A stretch of DNA of 64,000 nt, taken from positions 50,377,380-50,441,379 of the forward strand of contig NC_057718.1 in NCBI RefSeq assembly GCF_004010195.1. Direction: 5' to 3'. The DNA comes from Chiloscyllium plagiosum (lineage: Eukaryota). The notes under the pieces were generated by a model that was not told the DNA's origin, searched no databases, and saw only the letters and a program-made list of their open reading frames with translations. Positions 23,201-35,459 of the stretch are shown here, piece by piece (position 1 is the stretch's first letter; every line of letters starts with the position of its first letter). Position numbers and translations under genes: made by a program.

Positions 23201-25733
23201 TTCGAGCCTCGATAATGCAGCGGCAAGAACATATTCACCTTTTGACAGTCTGCTGTCCAATGAAACGTCTTTCCCTTTTTTAACAATTCGGTGAGTGGAG
23301 CAGCCACATTGCTAAAGTTGGCACAAGCTTTCAGTAAAATCCATTCAATCTCAGGAACCGTAATACTGCTTTTTTTGTCGATGGTGTGTGAAATTCCCCA
23401 AATACTGTTTTCACATCCCATTGGGTCATTTGCCCATGTCCAAAAACATGGCCCAATGAAGGTGACTTCAGCTTTGGCAAATTAACTTTTAGCTAGGTTT
23501 ACCACCGAGCCTACCTTCCGAAGTCGATTGAATGAGTCTGATAAATGCTGTAAATGTTCCTTCCATGAGTGACTAAAAATCACCAGGTCATCAATATACA
23601 CCATACAGTTGGGTCATCCCACAATGATCTTATTAGTCAGTCTCTGAAATGTGGCTGGATCGTTTTTCAAATGACATGACTTTGAACTGATATAGTCCAT
23701 TTGGTGTTACGAAAGCTGAAATTGCCTTTCCTCTCTCTGACAGAGGTAACTTGCCAGTAGCCTCTGAGCAATTCCAACTTAGAAATGTAAGTTGCTTGTC
23801 CCACTTTTTCAACGTTGTCCGCCAACTGTGAAATTGGTTATGCATCAGTCTTTGTAATGGCCTTGACTTTGCAGTAGTCCGCACATAACCGTTGGGTACC
23901 ATCTGGCTTTGGCACCATGACTATGGGTGAGCTCCAGTCACTGTAACTCACTTTGATTATGCCATCTTGGAGCATGCACTCTATTCTCCTTCTGAACCTG
24001 TGCCAATTTTAGAGGGTTATGCCTATAAGGATGTTGCTTAATCAGAACACCATCTCCTATATCTACATCATGCATAATTAGCTTAGTACTTCCCAGTTTA
24101 TTTCCGCATATCTCGCCATGTGATAGTAATAACTCTTTCAGGTTATTTTGATTTTCTTGTGGAATGTAAGTCAATAATTTATTCCAATTTTTGACAACTT
24201 CTTCATTGTCCAATTTGATTTGAGGAATGTCCAATTCAGAATCCTCTAAACTTGGTTCTTCCTTCTGTGTTGAAATCATTAACACCTCCTATTGCTTTCC
24301 TTCCCTATCAAAATAACTTTTGAGCATATTCACGTGACACACTCTGTGAAATTGCTTCCTGTTTGGAGTCTTTATCAAGTAGTTCACCTCACTCAATTTC
24401 TTCTCAATTTGATAAGGTCAACTAAACCTGGATTTTAAGGGCTCGATGTTACTGGAAGTAACACCAAGAACTTATCCCCAACAGCAAAATTGTGAATTTG
24501 TGATTTCTTATCCGCTTCCTGTTTCATTGTATGCTGTGATATTTTTAAATGCTGTCTCGTCAACTCTCCAGCTCTATTTAATCATTCTCTAAAATTTGAC
24601 ACATAGTCCAGATGGGTGGTCTCTGAATTCTGACTTATTAATTTCTCCTTAATCAATTTTAATGGCCCCCTTACTTCATACCCAAAAGTTAACTCAAATG
24701 GACTGAATTTGGTCAATTCACTCAGTGCATCTCTGATCGCAAAAAGTATAAATGGAATTCTCTTATCCCAATCATCTGGATAATCCTGCCCATAAGCCCT
24801 CAACATGGTCTTCAGTGTTTGATGCCATCTGTCTAGTGCTCCCTGTGATTCTGGATGGTACGCAGTAGATTCTCAAGTTATCCATAACCTCCTTGAATAG
24901 TTTGGATGTGAAGTTTGATCGTTGATCTGACTGGATCTCTATTGGCAGTCTGTATCTCATTAAAAAAATTAAGTAGTTCCTCTCCAACACTTTTAGCTGT
25001 GATGTTGCATAATGGGATTGCTTCTGGAAATCTAGTCAACACATCCATTATTGTTAATAAATACTTATTCCCAATTTTTGTTTGTGGTAGAGGACCTACA
25101 CAATTAATCAAGACTCTTGAGAAAGGTTTCTCATATGTTGGAATAGGTATTAAAGGTGCAGGTTTTATTACTGCCTGCGGTTTTCCAATTAGCTGACATA
25201 TATGACATGTCTGGCAAAATTCAAATACAATTTTGTGTAGTCCAGTGTCTTTGTATTTTAGTCTGTGTTTTCCTCACCCCTAAATGATCCCCAAAGTGAT
25301 AGATCATGCACCACTCATGGCAAAATAATTTGATGAATCTCTGCCAATTTCTCATCTGCTTGAATGTGTGATGGTCTCCATTTCCTCATTAAGATCTCAT
25401 TTGTTAAGTCATAACACACAGGAATGCATTCACTTTCTTTCTCAGTAAATGCCTTTTTTTATAACTGTTATAACTTTTCAATCTTTCTGCTGCAATTCCA
25501 TCAGCTTAGCAGAGGTAAAGATAACTGCATGTTTACCTATTTGCTTCCTCTCTGTTCCACTTATCTGATCAAAGAAAGTTTTGGGTAACACTACATCAGC
25601 TTCCTTATCTCTGCCTTTTAACCTCTCACTCTTCAATTTGTGTCTCTGTGATCTTGTGATCATACAACCAGGGAAAATTTCTGGATAAAGGCCCTTAATT
25701 TCTTCAGTTGCCTGTTTGTCCACTGGCGTTTCA

Positions 25734-25841
25734 TCAAGAATAACAAAAAGATGGGGTGTGGGTTAGTGTAGTTTAGGTGGGCTTGGATCGGCGCAACATC
25801 GAGGGCCCAAGGGCCTGTACTGCGCTGTATTCTTCTATGTT
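25734..25841 (+). mobile_element. Very short CR1 3'-tail insertion in Gypsy pol
   Basis: ggtgggcttggatcggcgcaacatcgagggc…ttctatgtt flanked by 13-bp TSD cactggcgtttca (25721-25733, 25842-25854). Confidence 0.9.
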
Positions 25842-26330
25842 CACTGGCGTTTCAACTAGAGTAGGCAGCACACCTACAGGTGAATCAGCTATATCATTTG
25901 CCAGGACAAATTGTACTTCTGAAGCTGAGAGGTTGTCCTGTACTCCTACCACAAATTCTCCACTCTTCTCTGGACTCTCTTGCCTCACTTTACATAACTG
26001 AGCACTTTTTGTCTCACCATGAATTCCTTTTACCAGTACCTTCTCTGCCAATAATCTCTCAGGAGCACATATCTCCTCATCCTTCAGCATTACAGACTGA
26101 GAGGATCCTGTGTCCCTTAATACTGTAACCTCCTTACCTATTACTCCTAGACTATGTGAATAAACTTTACCCTTACATGCACATTTTTAAAGTAGATCTG
26201 GCACTTCCTCCTTAATCAACCTCTGAACATCTTGTACATTCTGAGGCAGTTGTTTAACCTCATTTGTGCTTTTTGTTACTAGTCCAACAAAACCTTCAGG
26301 CTTGTCTGGTTTCCAACATCTGGCTTTCTC

Positions 26331-26708
26331 TGAGCCCACCAACACTGTGTTTTGTGTGGCCCATTTTATTATAATGAAAACACTGGAGCTTTTTAACTTC
26401 TTTGTCCCCTTCAAGGGTTTTTTTTTTTACTCTGTGGTAAGTTCTCCATATGATCTTCACTGAGTTCTGCCTTTCCAAGTAAGGATTTCTCTTTGCCCCA
26501 GTTTCTATCTCTTCTGGACTGAGCCCACCAACACTGTGTTTTGTGTGGCCCATTTTATTATAATGAAAACACTGGAGCTTTTTAACTTCTTTGTCCCCTT
26601 CAAGGGTTTTTTTTTTACCCTGTGGTAAGTTCTCCATATGATCATCACTGAGTTCTGCCTTTCCAAGTGAGGATTTCTCTTTGCCCCAGTTTCTATCTCT
26701 TCTGGGCT
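26331..26708 (-). repeat. 189-bp in-frame tandem duplication of the gag zinc-knuckle region
   Basis: tgagcccaccaacactgtg starts at 26331 and 26520; ORF 26296..26820 contains KLQCFHYNKMGHTKHSVGG twice. Confidence 0.95.
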
Positions 26709-27357
26709 GAAATTTATTCTGGTAGCCAAACCATGTTTTATGGACCCGCTCATAATCATCAGCCACTTTAGCTGCTACTCTTGCTGTTTTAACTCTCTGC
26801 TCTTCCACCTGAGTTTGCATTGCTTCCTCACTGAGCCATCCTCAACCTTTATCTCCAACCTTTTCCACTGACTTTCCTTTTTAAGTGTCAGTTTTTGAAG
26901 TTCAAAAGCACTCTCTTTTTCTCTCTCTTCTGCTGCTCTCTCTTTTTCCCTCTTCTGCTTTTAATTGTAACTCAAACTGTTTCTTTTTTTGCTGCCCTTT
27001 CCATATCTCTCACCTTCAACTCAAGCTGCTTCATTTGCAATTGAATTCCTGCCATCCCTATAGATTCTGATGGTTTCCCCAGCAAGTTTAAATGCTGAGC
27101 TACTTGCTGTAATTATCTCTCCTTTCCTCACAGAAGCAAGCAGTTCCAACTCCAGTGTCTTTGCTAATTCTTGCAATGTGATCTTATTCACTTTTTGCAA
27201 AACTTCCAAAGTCACCACATCCACATCCGGAAAACTTTTGGTGACTGAAAGAGCCATTACTATCCCAAGCTTTGTCTACCCAATCAAACCAAAACCCAAA
27301 ACAAAGACACTAGCACCTACCGCTCATTGTTTAAAATCCCACAAAGAGTCCCTAATC

Positions 27358-27986
27358 TGTTATGGACTAGGCCAGACCATCAAAACATTCTTAAGCAGGC
27401 AACCCAAACCTAACTTTGCAATTTGCTTCAGTAAATGTACAGTGAAAATTACTTGGAGTAAGGTGACTGTGTTGACTACTATATTTTAAAACAGAGAAAA
27501 AAATTTATTCATAAAATTACACAATGAAACACAAAGAACCGAATAAATCAGCCAATCCAACTAGACTTAATTGTGCAGTTCTGACTGCATACAACAGGCC
27601 CAATAAACAAACTCCCTTTAAAATCCAGTATAAATGGAACACATGCTTACAGGTTGAAGTTGAAGGCAGAAAAGAGAGAGTTTCCACAATCTCCCTGTTG
27701 AACTTCCCAGTTCAAGACCGAACTAAAAGCTGCTCAGCTCAGCTAGCTAGAGAGCTGACCGCTCCCCTCTCTTTGTACATGTCACTTCTAAAGCATGACC
27801 ACTTTGGCTTGAAGTCTCATCTGTTTACATATCAGCAAAAGGCCTCTCACAATCCTTTTCAACTGTGTACCAAACCAGACAGATCGGAATCCAGCCCGGT
27901 TTACTGCCCCTCTCAAAAAAATTAAGGATAGAGACTCCTTGAGCCAAGGAACAGCTTTCAGAAAAGAAGGGACGAGCTTTGTGACA
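27358..27986 (-). repeat. 5' LTR of the Gmr1-type element, followed on - by a degenerate tRNA-Pro-like PBS
   Basis: TGTTA…TGACA termini; adjacent - strand gattagggactctttgtgggat resembles tgggggctcgtccgggat. Confidence 0.8.
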
Positions 27987-28499
27987 CTGGTAAGAGAATT
28001 GATAGAACATTCAAAGCATGAAGTGCTTGTCACATGCCCAATCCATATGTTCCATCTGCTGTTGAGGCCATTGTGTGATTCTGCTATCTGATAGTCCTCG
28101 CACACATACACTGTGTGATGCTTTTCAGAATGTCACTCAGAGACTGGTTGGTGCCATTAACCCTTGAGTGTAGCTTTGTTCATCCTCTTTTTACACTTAC
28201 CACAAGTACATGTGTGGGCCCTATGGCCACTAACCTGCGCTGAACTCTGACCATGCTACCTTGATCAGACTGGATGGCTTCCTGCTTCCATGTCCAGGAA
28301 ATGAGACCTCTTGCCTTTTCTACATGACTTGGAGAAGAAATTCCAGTGAGGCGTCACTGAACAATACGGCGACTCTTTTTCTTTTCTGAGTCATCCTGAG
28401 CAGCAAGTTAGCAAGAGGAGGAGGGGAGGGGTAAGTAAATGAATTAACTGCAGTGTAAGACCTAGAGTTTCCAGGGAATTAGTCCAGCAACCGTTGTAT

Positions 28500-28720
28500 A
28501 TATAGCAGAGATCTTTCAATCTAAGAGAGGTTATTTCCCCTTATGGGAGAGCCGAGGATCATAAGGAATAACATATAGAGGGAGATATTTCTTCTCTCAG
28601 AACATGGTTAATTTGTAGAATTCTTTATCGCAGAGGTCTGTAGAGGCTGGGCCATTAAGTATGCTCAAAGCTGAAAAAAGACAGACTTTCAATCTGTAAG
28701 AGAATCAAGGGTTATAGGGT
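28500..28720 (+). mobile_element. Old CR1 3' fragment
   Basis: ttcttctctcagaacatggttaatttgtagaattctttatcgcagagg…aatcaagggttat. Confidence 0.65.
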
Positions 28721-29009
28721 AACCTGCCCCTGCCTCACAGTTTGCTCTGTGCATACATGGTTAATTGGCTGACCACAACTGACTGTGTAAGATCAGCCAT
28801 CCAACCTCTTAGCCAAAATGTTGCTGACTTCTGATCCTACTATCAACAACCTCGCCACTAATGCAAAATCCATTCAGAGTTTACATTTCAGATCAATAAT
28901 CTTGCGGAAAGTCAGATATTTCCAACACTTTTATTTCAGATATCCAACTTTTTTTTTAAGACCTCATTGATAAACTTATAAGAATTTTTGGGGGGTCTGT
29001 GAAGAGGAA

Positions 29010-29650
29010 AGATCAGGATCCTTTGCCACAATGACGTTCTTGAAAAAATGAAATTGTGTGTAAGATTGTTGATTGCCACAGAATATGGCCAGTATAATAG
29101 CTACCAGTAATACTCACACAGTCTTGCACTATTCTTCTTTATTGATTGAATATCAACTGAATAAAGATGAAAGAAGAATCCTTCCTATGGACTTAAGCCT
29201 TGGTTTGCTGTCAGGTGCCTTGATTATAACATGAATGCTGAGCATAAAAGAAATTGACCACTTTTGTAAATTCCAGAGTTCTCCCATTTTGCTTGTTGAT
29301 GTCGATTGGAAATGTGATATATTGGGTTGCTGTGTTAAACAGAGCATTAATGCACTGTTTGATGCAGATGCGTACTGCAGATATAAGCAATTTCACCATT
29401 ACAAGCTTGGAAATAACCTCTGATGAAGAAATTAAAAACAATAGTGACTGAAATAGCCAATGGCAAAACATGGCTCTCCACATCCTGCCTGGTGGAACAC
29501 TGTCTTCTCTTGCACTGCTCCTCAGAAATATCCAGGAAATAACTCTTGGCATATACACCCAGTGTGAAGGTAAATCCTACAAACAGGGCTCTCCCCAGCT
29601 GTCTTTGAACAGGCCCTTGCTGCTTCTTCATTTGCTGGTTCTATCATTTG
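29010..29650 (-). mobile_element. Another PIF/Harbinger transposase remnant (N-terminal part)
   Basis: GVYAKSYFLDISEEQCKRR, HVLPLAISVTIVFNFFIRGYFQ, RICIKQCINALFNTATQYITFP, HVIIKAPDSKP, HRKDSSFIFIQL. Confidence 0.75.
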
Positions 29651-30079
29651 CTACTTCAATTGTTCATTTGTCCAAAACAATAAAGTAAAAGTAGTGTCCA
29701 TCTTATCAATGAGTGCCTAATGAGGATAAGTAAGGAAAAAGTGATCAGAAGAAACAAACTGGAATCTTAGAACTGGTTGAAATAAAATACACGATTCATT
29801 GTGGCACATGGAAAATAATTTACTGAGCACTTCCAGGTGAGCGTCACTTTAAATTCAGTTTCCAATCACGTCAGTCAGATTGTGAAGCTTGAGTCATTTA
29901 ATTTCACTTATGAGTTCGCTGCTGGGTGGATTTCTGAATTGTTTCGTTAGAAGTGTGAGGAATTCCAAATGATGCAATTGGACAACTTAGTATTATTTAT
30001 AAGACATTCACTTATTTCTAGTGGATGTTTCTGATCCAAGGCAGCTCTGGAGTTAAGAAGCTGGTCAGTAGGTCTCCAG

Positions 30080-30440
30080 AGGGAGTAGAGTGGAAAGTAT
30101 TCAAAATCATGGAAGGGTCTGGCAGAAACGAAAAGGAGAAATTGTAACAAGCTCAAAAACCAGAGGACATGGATTCCAAGTCATTTGTAACGGAAGCAAA
30201 AGCAATGTGAAGGAAATCTTTTTCATCCAGCTAATGGGAATGCAAACTTTGAAACTGTGGTGGAGGCAGGTTCCATTTTAGCAGTGAGATAAGAATTAGA
30301 CTGTGCTTTCTGCAAAGGAGGAACATGCAGGGTTACTGGGAGGAGACAGAAGAATGGCACTAAGTGAATTGTTCATTCAGAGAGCGAGAGTAGATACAAC
30401 GGATCAAATGGTTTTCTGTGTTGTATCAGTAATTCTGTGA
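30080..30440 (+). mobile_element. Old CR1 3' fragment
   Basis: KTRGHGFQVI…KEIFFIQ. Confidence 0.65.
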
Positions 30441-31084
30441 AGTTGTGTTTTTTTTCTATTTTAGCTGCTGTAACTGCCCTATTCCTGCTGAATAGTTTGG
30501 ATTAAAATCAAGGTCTGACTTGTGATGAAAAGCTAACCTGCATTTGTACATGACAGATGCTGACTGGCCTGTAATGTACCTCTAACATTTTCTGTCTTGG
30601 TTTGAGGTATTTTCCTAGTTCTGCCAACAATAAAATATCCTTTGCAACAGTTATTCCAATGTTTCACTTTTTGACAGATACTTCCACTTATCTCAATCCT
30701 CCCAGCAGGGTGCAGCAACCATTGTCAGTATTAATCTGTGCTGGTTTGAAACAAGCTGATTCAGATTAATTTTTAAGAATACAGATTTAGAACAGTTCAG
30801 ACTAGATTCACAACAGACAATTAGTGCCATTAAATCAAATTGGAGAGCCATCACTCTATGTTGATGTTAGATTATTTCCTGTTGTTGTAAAGGTTTATGT
30901 TAATTTTAAAGAATGTAGGAGCATGAGTAAGGCGTTCAGTTCCTGATGCCTATTCTGTCATTCAGTTAGAAGATGGGTGATTGGTATCTGAGCTCCATAA
31001 TTTGGTTTTGGCTTCTTAACCCTTAATAACCATTAAGACTAGCAAAAATCTATCTGTAAAAGTTTTGGAATTTTTGATTTAAAA

Positions 31085-32090
31085 AGAAATCATGGGATGC
31101 GAACATCACTGGCTCGGGCAACATTTCTGGTCCATCTCTAGTTGCCCTTGAGAAGGTTGTGTTGCACTGCATCCTTCAATTGCTGCATCAGGTGGAGGTA
31201 GACCAATGGGGGTTGGTTTAGCTCAGTTGGCTGGATGGTTGGTTTGCAAAGCAGTGTGATACCAGCAGCATGTTTTCCATTCCTGTACCAGTTGAGACTA
31301 CCATGAGGGACTCTCATTTGCGACCTCACCCTTTGCCTGAGGTGTAACAGCCCTCAGGTTAAATAACCACCAGTCATCCCGCTCTAGTGAGAGAACAGTT
31401 CTGTGATCTGGTAAGATTATGATGACTTGGCTAGTTGGACCAACAGTGCTTTTAGAAGGGATGGCCCAGGAGTTTAACCCAGCAATATCGATGGAATGGC
31501 AATATAGTTCCAACTCAAGATGGCATGTGCCTTGGAGGGAAATTGGAGATTGTCATATTCCCATGCATCTGCTCCTTTTGTCTTTCTCGGTCATAGAGAT
31601 TCTGGATTTGGAAGGTTTGTCAAAAGAGGTTTGGCAGATTGCCTCATTTTGTAGAAGGTTGATATTGTTGCTAGTTGCAACAATAATGGAATCAATCACA
31701 TTTTAAGTGAAGCATTGACTATTTAAGATGTCAAGCTAGCTGCTTAGTCACATCTGGTATTGAGCTTCATGTCTGTTATTGGGGCTGCACACACCCAGGC
31801 AATTGCAGAGTATTCCATTAAACTCTTGATTTGTGGTTCATAGATGATGGATAATCTCTAGCGATCCAGGAGTTGAATTACTTTCCATCAAGTTCCCAGT
31901 CTCTGACTACTTGTAGCTTGTAGCCATAGTAATTAATTGACTAATCCAGTTAAGTTTCTGATCAATGTCCTGGTAAACCCAGGAGTTTGAGAGAGGGACT
32001 TGGTGATGATAATACCATTGAACATCAAAAGGAGATGATTTTGTTTTCTCCCATTGCTGATAGTCAGCATGTCACTTGTGTAACACAAAG
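31085..32090 (-). mobile_element. 3' part of the second CR1/L2-group LINE family, with nested SINE
   Basis: End motif catgggatg…gttgcccttgagaagg shared with 37560-37740 and 51430-51545. Confidence 0.6.
31208..31428 (+). mobile_element. tRNA-derived SINE, second family
   Basis: ggtttagctcagttggctgg head; tail gatctggtaagattatgatgactt. Confidence 0.6.
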
Positions 32091-32094
32091 GTTC

Positions 32095-32570
32095 CAGAGA
32101 AAGTACAAAGGAGACTTATAATATTGTTATCAGAAATGGAAAATGCTGCAATGAGGAAAAATTAGATAGTTTGGGATTGTTCTCCTTGAAAGAAAGGAAC
32201 CTGGTGGGAGACTTGACTGAGATGATCAAAATTCTGAGAGGCCAGGACAAAGTGTATTAGAAGATCTTATTTTCCTTAGCATAGATATCAGTGGTTAAGA
32301 CGCATAAGTTTAAAGTGGTTGGTAGAAAAATTTGAGATGAGATAAGGAGAATGTTTTATTCATCCAGAGGGTGGTCATCCCTTGCAACCCACTACCTGAT
32401 AGACTAGGAGAGGCAAGGAACTTCATCTCATTTCAATTGTGCCTCTACGTGAACCTCAACTGCAGGACTATGGACCAAATAGTGGAAAGTGGTATGAGGC
32501 TGGTTGGCATGATTTCTTGCTGGGGTAGACACAGAGGGCCAGCCGATATTTATCTGTACTGTAAGCTTTG
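32095..32570 (+). mobile_element. Old CR1 3' fragment
   Basis: tttgggattgttctccttg…ggagacttgactgagatg…tttattcatccagagggtggt. Confidence 0.65.
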
Positions 32571-32666
32571 TATGTTTCCCCAGAAAATGTTTCAACATTA
32601 GTCACCCCACTCATTCATTGGTGTAGTGAGCTCCAAATTCTCACCACTACTGTGGTATGATTTTTT

Positions 32667-33033
32667 AAAAATTGCATTCACGGGATGTGGATATCATGAG
32701 TCAGGCTAGTATTTAATGCCTGTCCTTAATTGCCGAGAGGGCAGTTGAGAGTCAAACACATTAATGTGAGTCTGGAGTTGTATGTAGGCCAGATCGTAAA
32801 CGATGGAAGGTTTTCTTTTCTAACAGCTATCACTGAGCCAGATGGGTATTCCCCAACAATCATCATCAACAGCTTCATAGTCATAATCTAGGTTATTAAC
32901 CCAAATTATTTTTTATTTCAAGTTGAATTTAAATTCCACCACATGCCTTGCAAGATTTGAACTGGAGTCTGAAATATTACCAAATTCTTTGTATTAACAA
33001 TCTAACTATAATACCACAGGGCCATCACCTCCT
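32667..33033 (-). mobile_element. tRNA-derived SINE (third family) sharing the 3' end of the CR1/L2-group LINE
   Basis: Minus head ggaggtgatggccctgtggtattatag…gttcaaatc; same family as 61757-62088. Confidence 0.7.
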
Positions 33034-34012
33034 CTTGCCAGGCAACCAGCTGCAACTCAGGATGACTCTCTCCTCCTGCAGGCTGCAGCTCTGCTGATTT
33101 GGCATTTCCCCAGCAGGTGCAGCAGATGTATGTCCCAGAGAGATTCATGACCAAAGCACCTTCATCCTGCTCTCAAACCACTTCCAGAATTTCTACCAAT
33201 CTGGCACCATTCATGACAATGTCCGTCTGCAGGGTGGTGTGTGTATTAATATATTTGGGTGTGTATCTTTGTAAGTATGTATGTGTATATGTGCATAAAC
33301 ATGAATATGCATCTGTGTGAAGTCCATGTGTATGTGAATCATTATTCCTTCTGTGTATGTATGAATATATGTCTCTAGTCATGTACGTACCTATCTTTCT
33401 TCACATTTTCCCACACAGATCCTTTCTCTCTGTCTGTCTCACTCAGTCTGTTTGCAAATGATTACAACTGCACTGCATCCCCATCTCAATGGCATTTCTC
33501 TTTCTCTGAACCAGTTGCTCTCACTTTTCTTTGCTATTGCCACATTTTGTCCATTGATTTCCTTTCACATCTCGTTCATGATTATCTACATCACTTTATT
33601 CTCGCACATATCTCTTTCTGTTTTGTCTGGCACTGCCCTCCATTTTAAGCCTGGAATATGAATTGTTAATCAACTCAAGGTCCTCCACAATTGGACTAAT
33701 TCCTGGGATAGCAACAACATTCTATGAGGAGTAATTGAGGAGGGGGATCTGAATTCTCTCCAGTGGAGAGGAATGAAAGGTAATCTCAGATGGAAAGAGA
33801 ATATCTCGCCTGGCTGGGAGTATTAGAACCAGGGTGCAGAGTTTCAGAAAAAGGAGCTTAGGACTGAGATGAGGGTGAATCTCTTCACTCAAAGATTCAT
33901 GAGGCTAGAATTCACTAACACAGAGGACTATGGAAGCTCATAGCATCTTTTGATCCAATAAATCAATAGTTTTCTAGATACTGATGTTGCTTTGTTCTGA
34001 ACTTGCCATCAG

Positions 34013-35457
34013 AGAGTCATAGAGATGTACAGCATGGAAACAGACCATTCGGTCTAACACATCCATGCCGACCAGATATCCCAACTCAATCTAGTCCCAC
34101 CTGCCAACACACGGCCCATAGCCCTCCAAATCCTTCCTATTCATATACCCATCTAAATGCCTCTTAAATGTTGCAATTGTACCAGGCTCCACCACTTCCT
34201 CTGGCAGCTCATTCCATACACGTACCACCCTCTGCATGAAAATGTTGCCCCTTAGGTCTCTTTTATATCTTTCCCCTCTCACCCTAAACCTATGCCCTCT
34301 AGTCCTGGACTCCCCAACCCCAGGGAAAAGACTTTGCCATTTACCCTATTCATGCCCCTCATAATTTTGTAAACCTCTATAAGGTCACCCTTCATCCTCT
34401 GACACTCCAGGGAAAACAGCCCCAGCCTAGTCAGTCTTTCTTCCAACAGTGGCCTAACCAATGTCCTGTACAGCTGCAACATGACCTCCCAACTCCTGTA
34501 CTCAATACTCTGACCAATAAGGGAAAGCATACCAAACGCCTTCTTCACTATCCTATCTACCTGCGACTCCACTTTCAAGGAGCTATGAACCTGCACTCCA
34601 AAGTTTATTTGTTCAGCAACACTCCCTAGGACATTACCATTAAGTGTATAAGTCCTGCTAAGATTTGCTTTCCCAAAATGCGGCACCTTGCATATATCTG
34701 AATTAAACTCTGTCTGCCACTTCTCAGCCCATTGGCCCATCTAGTCAAGATCCTGTTGTAATCTGAGGTAACCTTCTTTCCCTGTCCACTACACCTCTAA
34801 TTTTGGTGTCATCTACAAACTTACTAACTGTACCTCTTACACTCGCATCCAAATCATTTATGTAAATGACAAAAAGTAGAGGGCCCAGTATCGATCCTTG
34901 TGGCACTCCACTGGTCACGGGCCTCCAGTCTGAAAAACTACCCTCTAGTTCTGGACTCCCCAACCCCAGGGAAAAGACTTTGCCTATTTATCCTATCCAT
35001 GCCCCTCATAATTTTGTAAACCTCTATAAGGTCACCCCTTTGAGCCAGTTCTGTATCCAAATGGCTAGTTCTCCCTGTATTCCATGAGATCTAACCTTGC
35101 TAATCAGTCTCTCATGGGGAATCTTGTCGAAAGCCTTACTGAAGTCTATATAGATCACATCTACTGCTCTGCCTCCATCAATCTTCTTTGTTACTTCTTC
35201 AAAAAACTCAATCAAGTTTGTGAGACATGATTTCCCATGCACAAAGCCATGTTGACTATCCCCAATCAGTCCTTGTCTTTCCAAATGCATGTACATCCTA
35301 TCCCTCAGGTTCCCTCCAACAACTTGCCCACCACCGAGGTCAGGTCCACTGGTCTATAGTTCCCTGGGCTTATCCTTACCACCCTTATTAAACAATGGCA
35401 CCACGTTTGACAACCTCCAGTCTTCTGGCACCTCACCTGTGACTATCAATGATACAA
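34013..35457 (-). mobile_element. CR1 ORF2/3' portion with internal deletions and a displaced ~98-bp duplicated segment
   Basis: SQHGFVHGKSCLTNLIEFFEEVT…[25 protein letters not shown]…SKFVDDTK; 34941-35040 repeats 34295-34392. Confidence 0.9.
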
Positions 35458-35459
35458 AC

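Larger units (their letters stand above)
21953..27986 (-). mobile_element. Gmr1-type Ty3/Gypsy LTR retrotransposon (gag-PR-INT-RT order), decayed, RNase H/PPT deleted
   Basis: Minus strand: gag 27257-26200 with knuckle CFHYNKMGH; PR VLRDTGSSQS (~26110); INT CVGPLPQTKIGNKYLLTIMDVLTRFPEAIPL and IQSDQRSNFTS (25130-24580); RT IKQHPYR, FVTPNGLYQFKVM, VYIDDL (~23590); two related LTRs. Confidence 0.9.
19500..28394 (-). pseudogene. Harbinger-associated Myb/SANT-like gene remnant, spliced (exon 1 about 28394-28162; exon 2 about 20946-20855; 3' part about 20300-19500)
   Basis: ATG at 28394: MTQKRKRVAVLFSDASLEFLLQVM*KRQEVSFPGHGSRKPSSLIKVAWSE…KCKKRMN; acceptor ctctgcag then EKAVHNRWENIR; 3' part LLEMQRQAGEH / VHRLEWKVEYSSQLL. 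Confidence 0.7.

Noticed and set aside
33230..33450. (TG)/(CT)-rich stretch with short ORFs
   Set aside because: Low-complexity decayed microsatellite.
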